A DNA stretch of 34,883 nucleotides from a virus. Made by a program: the position numbers and the translations under genes. The stretch lies in the IMG/VR virus record IMGVR_UViG_3300045988_092951; one strand, written 5' to 3'. Shown piece after piece: positions 13,386-21,554 of the stretch; position 1 is the stretch's first letter, and every line of letters begins with the position of its first letter. Below the pieces are notes generated by a model that saw nothing but the letters and a program-made list of their open reading frames with translations, had not been told where the DNA came from and did not search any database.

Positions 13386-14694
13386 GCTGGTGGAGCAGGT
13401 AAGGCAGGCTTGGCGTGCAGGGTATAAAGCACCCTGCATAGTCCTGCCCTGCGGTGGAGGAAAGTCCTGCATAGTTGCTGAAATGGCTAGGCGGACGACC
13501 TTTAACGGCAAGAGAGTGCTTTTTCTCGTCCACAGACGTGAGCTTGTGGAGCAGATAAAAAAGACGTTTATCCGCTGGGGCGTTGATATGAAACTCTGCG
13601 AGGTGGGTATGGTGCAGACTATTACAAGACGGCTTAAAAAGCTTGCCAGACCTGCACTTATCATAACTGACGAAAATCATCACAGCCTTGCTCAGTCATA
13701 CAAACGCATATACGAATACTTTTCAGACGTACCGAGAGTGGGCGTTACAGCGACTCCTGTCCGCCTTAACGGCGACGGGCTTGGTGACGTGAACGACAAG
13801 CTTATCATTGGCGTATCCGCAAAATGGCTTATTGATAACAACTGTCTTGCACCTTATGATTACTACGCCCCTGACGTTGCCGACCTTACAGGGCTTCACG
13901 TTTCTCACGGAGAATATATGGCGGCGGAGATAGAGAAAGCTATGGTGAAAAATACTGTTTTCGGCGATGTCATAAAGTATTACAAACAGTTAGCAAATGG
14001 CAAAAAAGCGGTCTGCTACTGTGCTTCCGTCAGACATTCTCAGCGGACGGCAGATGTGTTTAATGAAAACGGCATAAAGGCGGCTCATATCGACGGCTCG
14101 ACCCCAAAGGCAGAGCGTGACAGGATTATCTCAGCTTTCCGCAGGGGAGATATAACTGTGCTGTGCAACGTTGACCTTATCTCAGAGGGCTTTGACGTTC
14201 CTGACTGCGAGTGTGCCATACTCCTGCGACCCACCAAGAGCCTTACTCTTTACATTCAGCAGGCTATGAGATGTATGCGGTATCGTCCTGATAAAAGAGC
14301 CGTCATAATCGACCACGTTGGCAACTATGCAAGGTTTGGTATGCCTGACGATGACAGGGAGTGGAGCTTGGAGAAAAAGCCTAAAGCTCAGCATAAAAAG
14401 CAGGAGCAGAACGACAAGGTGAAACAATGCCCTGAATGTTTCTATACCTTCTCTGCTCCTCCTGCGGGGGTGAAAGTATGCTGTCCTCATTGCGGATATG
14501 AGTTTCCCACAGCCGAGAGAAAGCTTGAAACAGACAGCAGCGTGGGGCTTGTAAAGGTGGAGGGATTCAAGCTTGACTTTTCAAGTCCTGCCGATTGTCA
14601 TACCTATCCCGAACTTTTGCAGTATGCGAAAAGTCACGGCTACAAATCAGGCTGGGCGTATTATCAGGCAAGGCAAAGGGGGCTTATAGGTTGA
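13360..14694 (+). CDS. SF2 DExH-box DNA helicase with a C-terminal zinc ribbon
   Basis: LRTYQ, Walker A PCGGGKS, DENHH, motif VI QQAMRCMR, and CPEC...CPHC. Confidence 0.88.
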   Translation: MKLRTYQNELVEQVRQAWRAGYKAPCIVLPCGGGKSCIVAEMARRTTFNGKRVLFLVHRRELVEQIKKTFIRWGVDMKLCEVGMVQTITRRLKKLARPALIITDENHHSLAQSYKRIYEYFSDVPRVGVTATPVRLNGDGLGDVNDKLIIGVSAKWLIDNNCLAPYDYYAPDVADLTGLHVSHGEYMAAEIEKAMVKNTVFGDVIKYYKQLANGKKAVCYCASVRHSQRTADVFNENGIKAAHIDGSTPKAERDRIISAFRRGDITVLCNVDLISEGFDVPDCECAILLRPTKSLTLYIQQAMRCMRYRPDKRAVIIDHVGNYARFGMPDDDREWSLEKKPKAQHKKQEQNDKVKQCPECFYTFSAPPAGVKVCCPHCGYEFPTAERKLETDSSVGLVKVEGFKLDFSSPADCHTYPELLQYAKSHGYKSGWAYYQARQRGLIG

Positions 14695-15005
14695 CGGAAG
14701 AACACAGGATACAAAACGAGATACGCTGTGCGGTATCGCCCTACTGCACGGTCTTTCGTGTGAACGTGGGCGAGGGCAGGACAGCTGACGGCAGATATTT
14801 CACCACAGGTGTGCCGAAAGGTTTTTCAGATCTGTTCGGCGTAAGGCATAAGGACGGCAGAGCTGTCTTTATCGAAGTCAAAACAAAGTCGGGACGAATT
14901 CGTCCCGAGCAGAAGAATTTTATAACAAAAATGCGTGAGTGCGGAGCATTGGCAGGCATATGCCGCTCGGCAGAGGACGCAGTAAATTTACTAACGGAGG
15001 AATAA
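14691..15005 (+). CDS. VRR-NUC family nuclease
   Basis: TTG start overlapping the helicase stop (TTGA), after GGGGG. The motif is SDLFGV...AVFIEVKT (D...ExK). Confidence 0.65.
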   Translation: MTEEHRIQNEIRCAVSPYCTVFRVNVGEGRTADGRYFTTGVPKGFSDLFGVRHKDGRAVFIEVKTKSGRIRPEQKNFITKMRECGALAGICRSAEDAVNLLTEE

Positions 15006-15009
15006 AAAA

Positions 15010-15594
15010 ATGGGATTTAAGTCAAATCAATCAGAGGCATTTCAGAACGGATTAAAGCCTGAGGGCGATTACGAGTGCATCATAACCGCTATCGAGGAAC
15101 ACACAACAAAGAAAGGCTCGGTGGGTCTTAACTTCACTCTCGTCATCAGAAATGACGTGCAGGGACAGAAATACGGCAACTCCTGCCTGTTTCACACCAT
15201 ATGGAAAAAGCATGAACCTAACGAGAACGATATGCAGGTGGAGGGCTACAACTTTGCTCAGCTTATGGCAATGGGCAAGGCGGCCAAGCTTCCTGACGGC
15301 AAGGAGTATGACAGCCTTAAAGCATACTGCACCGACCTGCTGAACAAGTGCATAAGGGTAGATCTCACACACGAGGAATGGAACGGCAAGGAGCAGGAAC
15401 GCATTAATTTTGTCAACCCTACAAAGTATCCTGAGTGCAAGCATAAGTTCAAATCATCTGCACCAACAGCGGACAGCTTTGCGACTAAGCAGACGGGCTT
15501 TGCAACGCCTAAGACAAATACGCAGGCTGACAGCGCCATAGGCTCCCTTGAAGATTTTGAGGACGTGCTTACAGATGACGGCGTGCCGTTCTGA
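15010..15594 (+). CDS. DUF669-type phage single-stranded-DNA-binding protein
   Basis: The acidic C-terminal tip DDGVPF is the SSB-tail signature. The position in the Gp157/Sak4/helicase module is typical. Confidence 0.6.
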   Translation: MGFKSNQSEAFQNGLKPEGDYECIITAIEEHTTKKGSVGLNFTLVIRNDVQGQKYGNSCLFHTIWKKHEPNENDMQVEGYNFAQLMAMGKAAKLPDGKEYDSLKAYCTDLLNKCIRVDLTHEEWNGKEQERINFVNPTKYPECKHKFKSSAPTADSFATKQTGFATPKTNTQADSAIGSLEDFEDVLTDDGVPF

Positions 15595-15691
15595 TTTCTG
15601 AGAAAATCGAAAAGTCATAGTGCTTTTGCATAAAAACGCAGATGATATTTTGTGCAAACAAATGATTTATATTTTAATTTGGCAACATTTC

Positions 15692-15716
15692 TGCAATTGT
15701 TGCATTTTTAATGCAA
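15692..15716. promoter_or_regulatory. Overlapping TGCAA/TTGCA palindromes upstream of the primase gene
   Basis: TGCAATTGTTGCA at 15692-15704 and TTGCAtttttaATGCAA at 15700-15716. The half-sites are the same as in the immunity operators. Confidence 0.45.
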
Positions 15717-15786
15717 CAAAAGTGGTGATTTTCGGGGATAAGTGAAAGGCTTTGACTTTTCAAAATTTATGTTAGGAGTTGGATAT

Positions 15787-18078
15787 ATGTACGAACAAAT
15801 ACCGCAGGAGCTTAAAGCCCTGCCAAACTGGATATGCTGGGACGCTGTGCCTGATGAAAAGAGAGGGAAGATAAAGAAAGTGCCGATAAACGCACTTACC
15901 GGCGGAGGGGCTATGTCAAATAACCCCTCTACTTGGTGCGATTTCGATACGGCGGTGAGAGCCTCAGAAAAACATTCGGGCATAGGATTTATGTTCGGCG
16001 GCTGTCCGTATTTCGGTGTTGACATTGACGGCAAAGAGGAGGAGCTTGAGGCATACCAAAGGGGAGAGAACGGCAACATCATATCTGAATTTATCTCCAC
16101 CCTGCAAAGCTATACTGAGATATCTCAATCGGGCAAGGGCATACATATCATATGCAGAGGAACACTCCCAAAGCGTGGCAGACGTAAAGGCTCAGTTGAG
16201 ATGTATGAGGACGGCAGATTTTTCGTTATGACAGGTAACTCCTGCTCAGAATATGAGGGCATCGCAGAGTGTTCCGACAGCATAAAGCCATTGCACGAAA
16301 AGTACATAGGAGGCGGTCACGAGCCTGTGGCAAAGGCTGTTCCTGCTGTCAGACTTGACACCGCAGACCAGATAATCAAAGCTGCGGCAGGAGCAAAGAA
16401 CGGCGGAAAGTTCGTGTCGCTCTACAGCGGAAGAACCGCAGGATATGCTTCGCAGAGTGAGGCTGATATGGCGTTCTGCTCAATGCTTGCCTTCTGGACA
16501 GGCTGTGACGCAGAGAAGATGGATATGATATTCCGCTCCTCAGGGCTTATGCGTGAAAAGTGGGACAGGGCGCAAAGCGGTTCGACCTATGGCGCACTCA
16601 CGATCCAGAAAGCCATTGCCGATTGCGACAAGACCTATTCGCCAAAGTTCGCAGGGGGATTTTCTCTTAACTTCAAGTCACCCTCTGAGCCGATTTCTGT
16701 GGGCGCTGTGGAGCAGGAAGAAACCAAGCCAAGACTTTATTCATTTGACGATACAGGCAACGCAGAACGCTTTGTTGACCTTTTTGGCGAGCAGGTGAGA
16801 TACTGCTATACAGACAAACGCTGGCTTTGGTATGACGGCAGAAAGTGGTGTATCGATATGACAGGCACAGTTAAACGTCTTGCTGATAAGGCTGTGGCTT
16901 GTATGGCGGCAGAAGCAAAAGTGTACGCTCAGCTTGACGCAGACGAGGGAACGGATATGGCGAAAGCCTTTGAAAAGCATATGAAGTCCTGCCGTTCTAA
17001 CAAATCAAAGAACGCAATGCTAAGCGAGGTCATGCACCACGTTCCTGTTCTGCCTGCTCAAATGGACAGATTTAAAACTGTTCTCAATACCCCGGGCGGA
17101 GTTATCGACCTGCGAAGCGGCGGCATATCTCCTCACGACCCTATGACATATCTGACGAAAATGACAGCCGTTGAGTATTCAGAGAATGCCGATTGTCCTC
17201 GCTGGCTTGCCTTTCTTGACGACATTTTCAGAGGGGATAAAGACCTTATCAGATACGTTCAGAAAGCTGTGGGATATTCCCTGACAGGCTCGACCACCGA
17301 GCAATGTGCGTTCTTCCTTTACGGAACAGGACGAAACGGCAAGTCAACTTTCATTGATATCATAAGGGATATTTTCGGAGACTATGCGGCAAATATCCAG
17401 CCTGAAACTATTATGGTGCGTTCAAATCAGAGCACCGCCATAAACAGCGATATTGCAAGGCTCAAAGGAGCAAGGCTCGTGACAAGCGTTGAGCCTAACG
17501 AGGGTGTGCGTATCAACGAGGGTCTGCTCAAACAGCTTACAGGCGATGATACTGTTACGGCAAGAAAGCTTTACGGCGACGAGTTCGAGTTCAAGCCTGA
17601 GTTCAAGCTTTGGATGGCGACAAACCATAAGCCTGTCATCAGAGGAACAGATACGGGCATTTGGCGAAGAATTCATATGATACCCTTCACTGTGCAGATA
17701 CCCGAAGAAAAGATAGACCGCAGGCTGAAATATAAGCTGTCGGCGGAGCTTACGGGCATATTCCGCTGGGCAGTTGAGGGCTGTCTGCTGTGGCAGAAAG
17801 AGGGGCTTAAAATGCCTCGTGCCGTTCTTGAAGAAGTGAGGGAGTACCGTCGTGAAATGGACGTTATCTCTGCATTTGTTGAGGATAAGTGTACTGTGGG
17901 CAAGGGTCTGAGCGTTAAGTCAAGTCAGCTTTTTGCGGCGTATCTTAACTGGGCTGAGCAGAACAATGAATATCGTATGAGTTCAACAAAGTTCGGTATG
18001 GAGCTTGCAAAACGCTTTGAAAAAGTAAGAACAAGAGGCGGTATATACTTCAATGGACTGTCACTTGATAATGTGTAA
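15787..18078 (+). CDS. Bifunctional prim-pol / P4-D5-type primase-helicase
   Basis: ATG 15787 follows GGAG. N-terminal prim-pol motifs VDIDG and SGKGIHI. C-terminal Walker A GTGRNGKST. Confidence 0.88.
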   Translation: MYEQIPQELKALPNWICWDAVPDEKRGKIKKVPINALTGGGAMSNNPSTWCDFDTAVRASEKHSGIGFMFGGCPYFGVDIDGKEEELEAYQRGENGNIISEFISTLQSYTEISQSGKGIHIICRGTLPKRGRRKGSVEMYEDGRFFVMTGNSCSEYEGIAECSDSIKPLHEKYIGGGHEPVAKAVPAVRLDTADQIIKAAAGAKNGGKFVSLYSGRTAGYASQSEADMAFCSMLAFWTGCDAEKMDMIFRSSGLMREKWDRAQSGSTYGALTIQKAIADCDKTYSPKFAGGFSLNFKSPSEPISVGAVEQEETKPRLYSFDDTGNAERFVDLFGEQVRYCYTDKRWLWYDGRKWCIDMTGTVKRLADKAVACMAAEAKVYAQLDADEGTDMAKAFEKHMKSCRSNKSKNAMLSEVMHHVPVLPAQMDRFKTVLNTPGGVIDLRSGGISPHDPMTYLTKMTAVEYSENADCPRWLAFLDDIFRGDKDLIRYVQKAVGYSLTGSTTEQCAFFLYGTGRNGKSTFIDIIRDIFGDYAANIQPETIMVRSNQSTAINSDIARLKGARLVTSVEPNEGVRINEGLLKQLTGDDTVTARKLYGDEFEFKPEFKLWMATNHKPVIRGTDTGIWRRIHMIPFTVQIPEEKIDRRLKYKLSAELTGIFRWAVEGCLLWQKEGLKMPRAVLEEVREYRREMDVISAFVEDKCTVGKGLSVKSSQLFAAYLNWAEQNNEYRMSSTKFGMELAKRFEKVRTRGGIYFNGLSLDNV

Positions 18079-18090
18079 GTAATTGTAAGT

Positions 18091-18210
18091 GTGTAGGGTT
18101 GTGAAGGGTTGAAGGGGTTTTCTAACCTTTCGTATTAGAAAATAAAAAAGAATATATATAAAGAAAGAATTCTTTAAAAAGGGTGCAAACCCTTCACAAC
18201 CCTTCACAGA
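18091..18210. other. Candidate replication origin: 10-nt iterons flanking an AT-rich spacer
   Basis: GTGAAGGGTT at 18101-18110, with degenerate tandem copies at 18091-18100 and 18111-18119. Two exact inverted copies lie at 18188-18197 and 18198-18207. The spacer of about 70 nt is AT-rich and contains the palindrome aaagaattcttt (18164-18175). Confidence 0.5.
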
Positions 18211-18243
18211 GGGGGGATAATCATTAAGATAGATTTCAAAAGG

Positions 18244-18750
18244 ATGTCACAAGAAGAATTTGCACGGTATGAAGATATGGCGATAGACGGCAGACTCATT
18301 TATGACGAATATCCTGCTGAGGAATATAAGTATTTCTCACAGTTATCAAGACTTGGCTATAAGAACAGGCACGAGGGGTGGTCGAAAGAGATATGCGAGG
18401 ACAAGCAGGCAGAAAACAAGCGGGAGTATCTTCACAGTAAAGAGCGAAACGGCAGGTTTTTCAGACAAGCCTGCATAATGCAGGAGAATATCCGCAGAGG
18501 GCAGACAACGGTCTGGAAGATAAACAAAACGCAGGACAGGGAAGAAAAGCTCACATACGCATTGCAGGCACTGGAACTGATACTCTGCGACGAGGGGCTT
18601 GCGAAACATAACGGAGTAAACATACCTGAATATGCAGGCTGTGAATACTGCAATGGAGTGACAGAGTGGAGCGAAAAGCTTGGTGCAGACGGCAAGGAAG
18701 TCCGCTTTGAATTCTGTCCTGTTTGCGGAAGAATGATCGAGGAGGGATAG
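18244..18750 (+). CDS. Hypothetical protein with a C-terminal zinc ribbon (168 aa)
   Basis: CEYC...CPVC. The RBS is weak. Confidence 0.65.
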   Translation: MSQEEFARYEDMAIDGRLIYDEYPAEEYKYFSQLSRLGYKNRHEGWSKEICEDKQAENKREYLHSKERNGRFFRQACIMQENIRRGQTTVWKINKTQDREEKLTYALQALELILCDEGLAKHNGVNIPEYAGCEYCNGVTEWSEKLGADGKEVRFEFCPVCGRMIEEG

Positions 18751-18753
18751 AGG

Positions 18754-19227
18754 TTGACAGCAGAAGAATATTTGAACAAGCTGGTGGATATAGACAAGCG
18801 TATATCGGCGATAAGGCGTGCCATAGAAAAATGCTATGCAAGGGCTGAGAGTACATCGCCGCAAAGTTCCGATATACCGCCCAGCTTTACAGGCGGCACG
18901 TCAAGAAAGATAGAAGACAGCGTTGTAATGATAGCGGACTATAAGACGGAGCTTGAAAAGCTTTGCAAAAGTTACGAACAGATGTCATACAATGTATTGT
19001 GTATCACGGACAGTATGCCTGACAGCAGACTTGCGGCGTTGATAATCAACAAATACATAAACGGAATGTCATGGGAACGAACAGCTGAGGCTCTTGACCG
19101 TGAGGTGAATTACACTCGCAAGGTGCTTGGTCCAAATGCGATAAAAATGTTCAAGAAATTTTATCAGACACCCGAAAAAGCCCTTGTATCACCCCTGTCA
19201 AGAGAGTATAATGATAATATGCCATAA
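18754..19227 (+). CDS. Putative late-gene transcription activator (sigma region-4-like / RinA-ArpU-DUF1492-type)
   Basis: TTG start. C-terminal HTH-like segment IINKYINGMSWERTAEALDREVNYTRKVL. It is the last regulatory gene before the packaging genes. Confidence 0.55.
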   Translation: MTAEEYLNKLVDIDKRISAIRRAIEKCYARAESTSPQSSDIPPSFTGGTSRKIEDSVVMIADYKTELEKLCKSYEQMSYNVLCITDSMPDSRLAALIINKYINGMSWERTAEALDREVNYTRKVLGPNAIKMFKKFYQTPEKALVSPLSREYNDNMP

Positions 19228-19356
19228 CGGCAAAAGTTTCTTTGCGGACCTCCATAAAAAAGTCCGACGGGGCGAAAGCTCCGTATGCAGGTCGAGAGCG
19301 AGCCAGCTCAACATCTGCTCCAACATTTACTTAACTCCTTATAATATATTTGCGAG

Positions 19357-19385
19357 AGGCACTCCTATTGGGGGTGTCTTTTGCG
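19357..19385 (+). terminator. Possible terminator closing the early/regulatory operon
   Basis: 9-bp stem, 19357-19365 with 19371-19379, including two G-U pairs. The U tract is short. Confidence 0.35.
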
Positions 19386-19506
19386 TTGCCTAAAAAGTGC
19401 AAGTACAATATTTTTATAGTTTGTAGGCAGTTTATCGTTATTATTTTGTTAAAATTATACACAAACATTTTTTGTAAAGAAATTAAAAGTTTAGTCAGTT
19501 AACCAA

Positions 19507-19535
19507 TTGAAAAAATGTTATAAATCGTGTATAAT
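19507..19535 (+). promoter_or_regulatory. Consensus sigma-A promoter of the 19609 gene
   Basis: TTGAAA (19507-19512), 17-nt spacer, TATAAT (19530-19535). Confidence 0.7.
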
Positions 19536-19608
19536 AACAACTAAAGAGGTGATGCCTATGTAATTATACAAAATATTCATTGTTAATAAACAGAAAGGGG
19601 GTTATTTA

Positions 19609-19836
19609 ATGGATTCGTTAGCAAGATATAGCTATCCAGTTATCAATTGGGATGATGTGCGTGACTGCCCATTTGCTAAGGAAGAGTGGGTTACTCCATA
19701 TGACGTTGATAATTCACTTTGCGATTTTAGGAAAGGAAGCTTTCCTCGTGCATATTGCGAGAATGTTTTGGCGTGGTGTTCTGCTAAGGGCGGTACTGAT
19801 AACTGTGATATCCTTAATCGTTATTTGGAGGCTTAA
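19609..19836 (+). CDS. Cys-rich hypothetical protein (75 aa) in a self-contained cassette
   Basis: AAGGGGG RBS. AT-rich. It has its own promoter and terminator. Confidence 0.65.
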   Translation: MDSLARYSYPVINWDDVRDCPFAKEEWVTPYDVDNSLCDFRKGSFPRAYCENVLAWCSAKGGTDNCDILNRYLEA

Positions 19837-19847
19837 TATCATTTTTT

Positions 19848-19879
19848 GAACTGCTACAACAATGTGGCAGTTCTTTTTA
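19848..19879 (+). terminator. Rho-independent terminator of the 19609 cassette
   Basis: gaactgc (19848-19854) pairs with gcagttc (19867-19873), followed by TTTTT. Confidence 0.7.
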
Positions 19880-19913
19880 TATCCCAAAACAACAAAAAAA
19901 CGAGGTGAGGTGA

Positions 19914-21551
19914 ATGCCGAATGAACAGAATTTAATAGTTCCAAGCTCGAGTGAAGCTCGAAAAAATGGTGCAAAAGGCGGTAAAAAATCAGGCGAAGTC
20001 CGCAGGCGTAAAAAGACTATGAAGCAGGTAATGGACTTCCTGCTTGAACAGCCTGCCAATACCAGGGCGGACTATGAGTTTCTCGTGGAGCAGGGCATTG
20101 ACCTTAACAGCCTTGACCCCGACTTCATAAATAATATGCTGCTTGTGAATGCGGCTCTTATGGCAAGGGCTAAGCAAGGGGACGTTGCGGCGGTGAAAGA
20201 GCTGCGTGACATTATCCGTGATGACGATATGCTCAAGCATAAGATAAAATACGATAACGCAAGGCTCAGGCTTGAAAAACAAAAGCTTGAGCCTGTTTCT
20301 ATGCCTGATAAGGCGTACAGCGGTATCCCTGCGAGCCTTGTCGCTCCTACGTTCTCGCCTGTCCTGTTCGATATTGCAGAGCAGGAACATTCCGAGTATG
20401 TTTTCCCTGGCGGACGTGGTTCGACTAAATCCTCATTCTGCGGTCTGAACGTTATCGACCTGCTGATGAAGAACGAGAATATGCACGCCTGCGTCCTGCG
20501 TGCTGTGGCGAATACTCTTAAAGACAGCGTTTATTCTCAGATACTCTGGGCAATATCTGCACTTGGTCTTGATGATGAGTTTGCCTGCACAAAGTCGCCC
20601 CTTGAGATCACACGCATTTCAACAGGACAGAAAATATACTTTCGTGGTGCTGATGACCCGTACAAGATGAAGTCTATCAAGCCGCCTTTTGGCTATATCG
20701 GCATCGTGTGGTTTGAGGAGCTTGACCAGTTCGGCGGTGAAGAAGCTGTGCGAACGATAGAACAGTCTGTTATAAGAGGCGGCGAGAAAGCATATAAGTT
20801 CAAGTCTTTCAACCCTCCGAAGTCGGCTCAGAACTGGGCGAATAAGTACATCAAAGTGCCGAGAACGGACAGACTCGTTACCGAAAGCACTTATCTAACT
20901 GTGCCGAAAAAGTGGCTTGGCAAGCCTTTCCTTGATGACGCTGAATTTCTCAAAGAAACCAATCCCACTGCCTATGAGAACGAGTATATGGGCGTTGCAA
21001 ACGGCACGGGCGGAAATGTTTTCGATAACGTCCTCATAAGAGAGATTACCGACGGCGAGATAGCACAGTTCGATAACATCTATAACGGCGTTGACTGGGG
21101 CTGGTATCCCGACCTTTACGCTTTTGTCAGAGTGCATTATGCCCCTGCTCAGCACACGCTGTTCATATGGCAGGAGTACACCTGCAACAAGACAAAGAAC
21201 ATTGATACCGCAAAGCATTTGCTGGAGCTTGGTATCACGGCAAACGATCTTATCACCTGCGACAGCGCAGAGAATAAGTCTGTTGAGGATTACAGAGCAT
21301 ATGGCTTGCTTGCAAGAGGTGCAGAGAAAGGTCCTAACAGCAGGGAGTATTCATATAAGTGGCTGCAATCTCTGCGAAGTATCGTTATAGATAACAAGCG
21401 TTGTCCTGTGGCTTGCGAGGAGTTCATCAACTGCGAGTATGACAGGGATAAAGAGGGCAACGTTATAAGCGGCTATCCCGACGGCAATGACCACGTTATC
21501 GACGCCGTTCGGTATGCAATGGAAAGAGTATGGAAAAGGCGGGGTCAGTAA
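19914..21551 (+). CDS. terL: Terminase large subunit (PBSX/Terminase_3-like) with a ~140-aa N-terminal extension resembling a small subunit
   Basis: The Walker A-like GGRGSTKS appears only at about aa 167. The N-terminus ARKNGAKGGKKSGEVRRRKK ... ARAKQGDVAAVKELRDII resembles TerS N-terminal regions. It lies upstream of the portal gene. Confidence 0.85.
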   Translation: MPNEQNLIVPSSSEARKNGAKGGKKSGEVRRRKKTMKQVMDFLLEQPANTRADYEFLVEQGIDLNSLDPDFINNMLLVNAALMARAKQGDVAAVKELRDIIRDDDMLKHKIKYDNARLRLEKQKLEPVSMPDKAYSGIPASLVAPTFSPVLFDIAEQEHSEYVFPGGRGSTKSSFCGLNVIDLLMKNENMHACVLRAVANTLKDSVYSQILWAISALGLDDEFACTKSPLEITRISTGQKIYFRGADDPYKMKSIKPPFGYIGIVWFEELDQFGGEEAVRTIEQSVIRGGEKAYKFKSFNPPKSAQNWANKYIKVPRTDRLVTESTYLTVPKKWLGKPFLDDAEFLKETNPTAYENEYMGVANGTGGNVFDNVLIREITDGEIAQFDNIYNGVDWGWYPDLYAFVRVHYAPAQHTLFIWQEYTCNKTKNIDTAKHLLELGITANDLITCDSAENKSVEDYRAYGLLARGAEKGPNSREYSYKWLQSLRSIVIDNKRCPVACEEFINCEYDRDKEGNVISGYPDGNDHVIDAVRYAMERVWKRRGQ

Positions 21552-21554
21552 GCT

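Noticed and set aside
13129-13683. 184-aa minus-strand ORF, and similar antisense ORFs at 25329-25769, 31157-31687 and 18346-18864
   Set aside because: All lie entirely inside strong + strand genes, lack translation signals, and have implausible compositions.
15626-15651. Promoter TTGCAT...TATTTT upstream of the primase gene
   Set aside because: The spacer is only 14 nt, so there is no acceptable -35/-10 geometry.
19184-19393. 69-aa ORF downstream of, and overlapping, the late regulator gene
   Set aside because: It has no RBS, overlaps the 3' end of a better gene, and its product has an odd composition. I treat the interval as untranslated.
19558-19563. ATG-TAA start-stop mini-ORF preceded by AGAGGTGA in the leader of the 19609 gene
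   Set aside because: It is real in the sequence, but a two-codon ORF cannot be told apart from chance. I noted it only as a possible ribosome-loading quirk.
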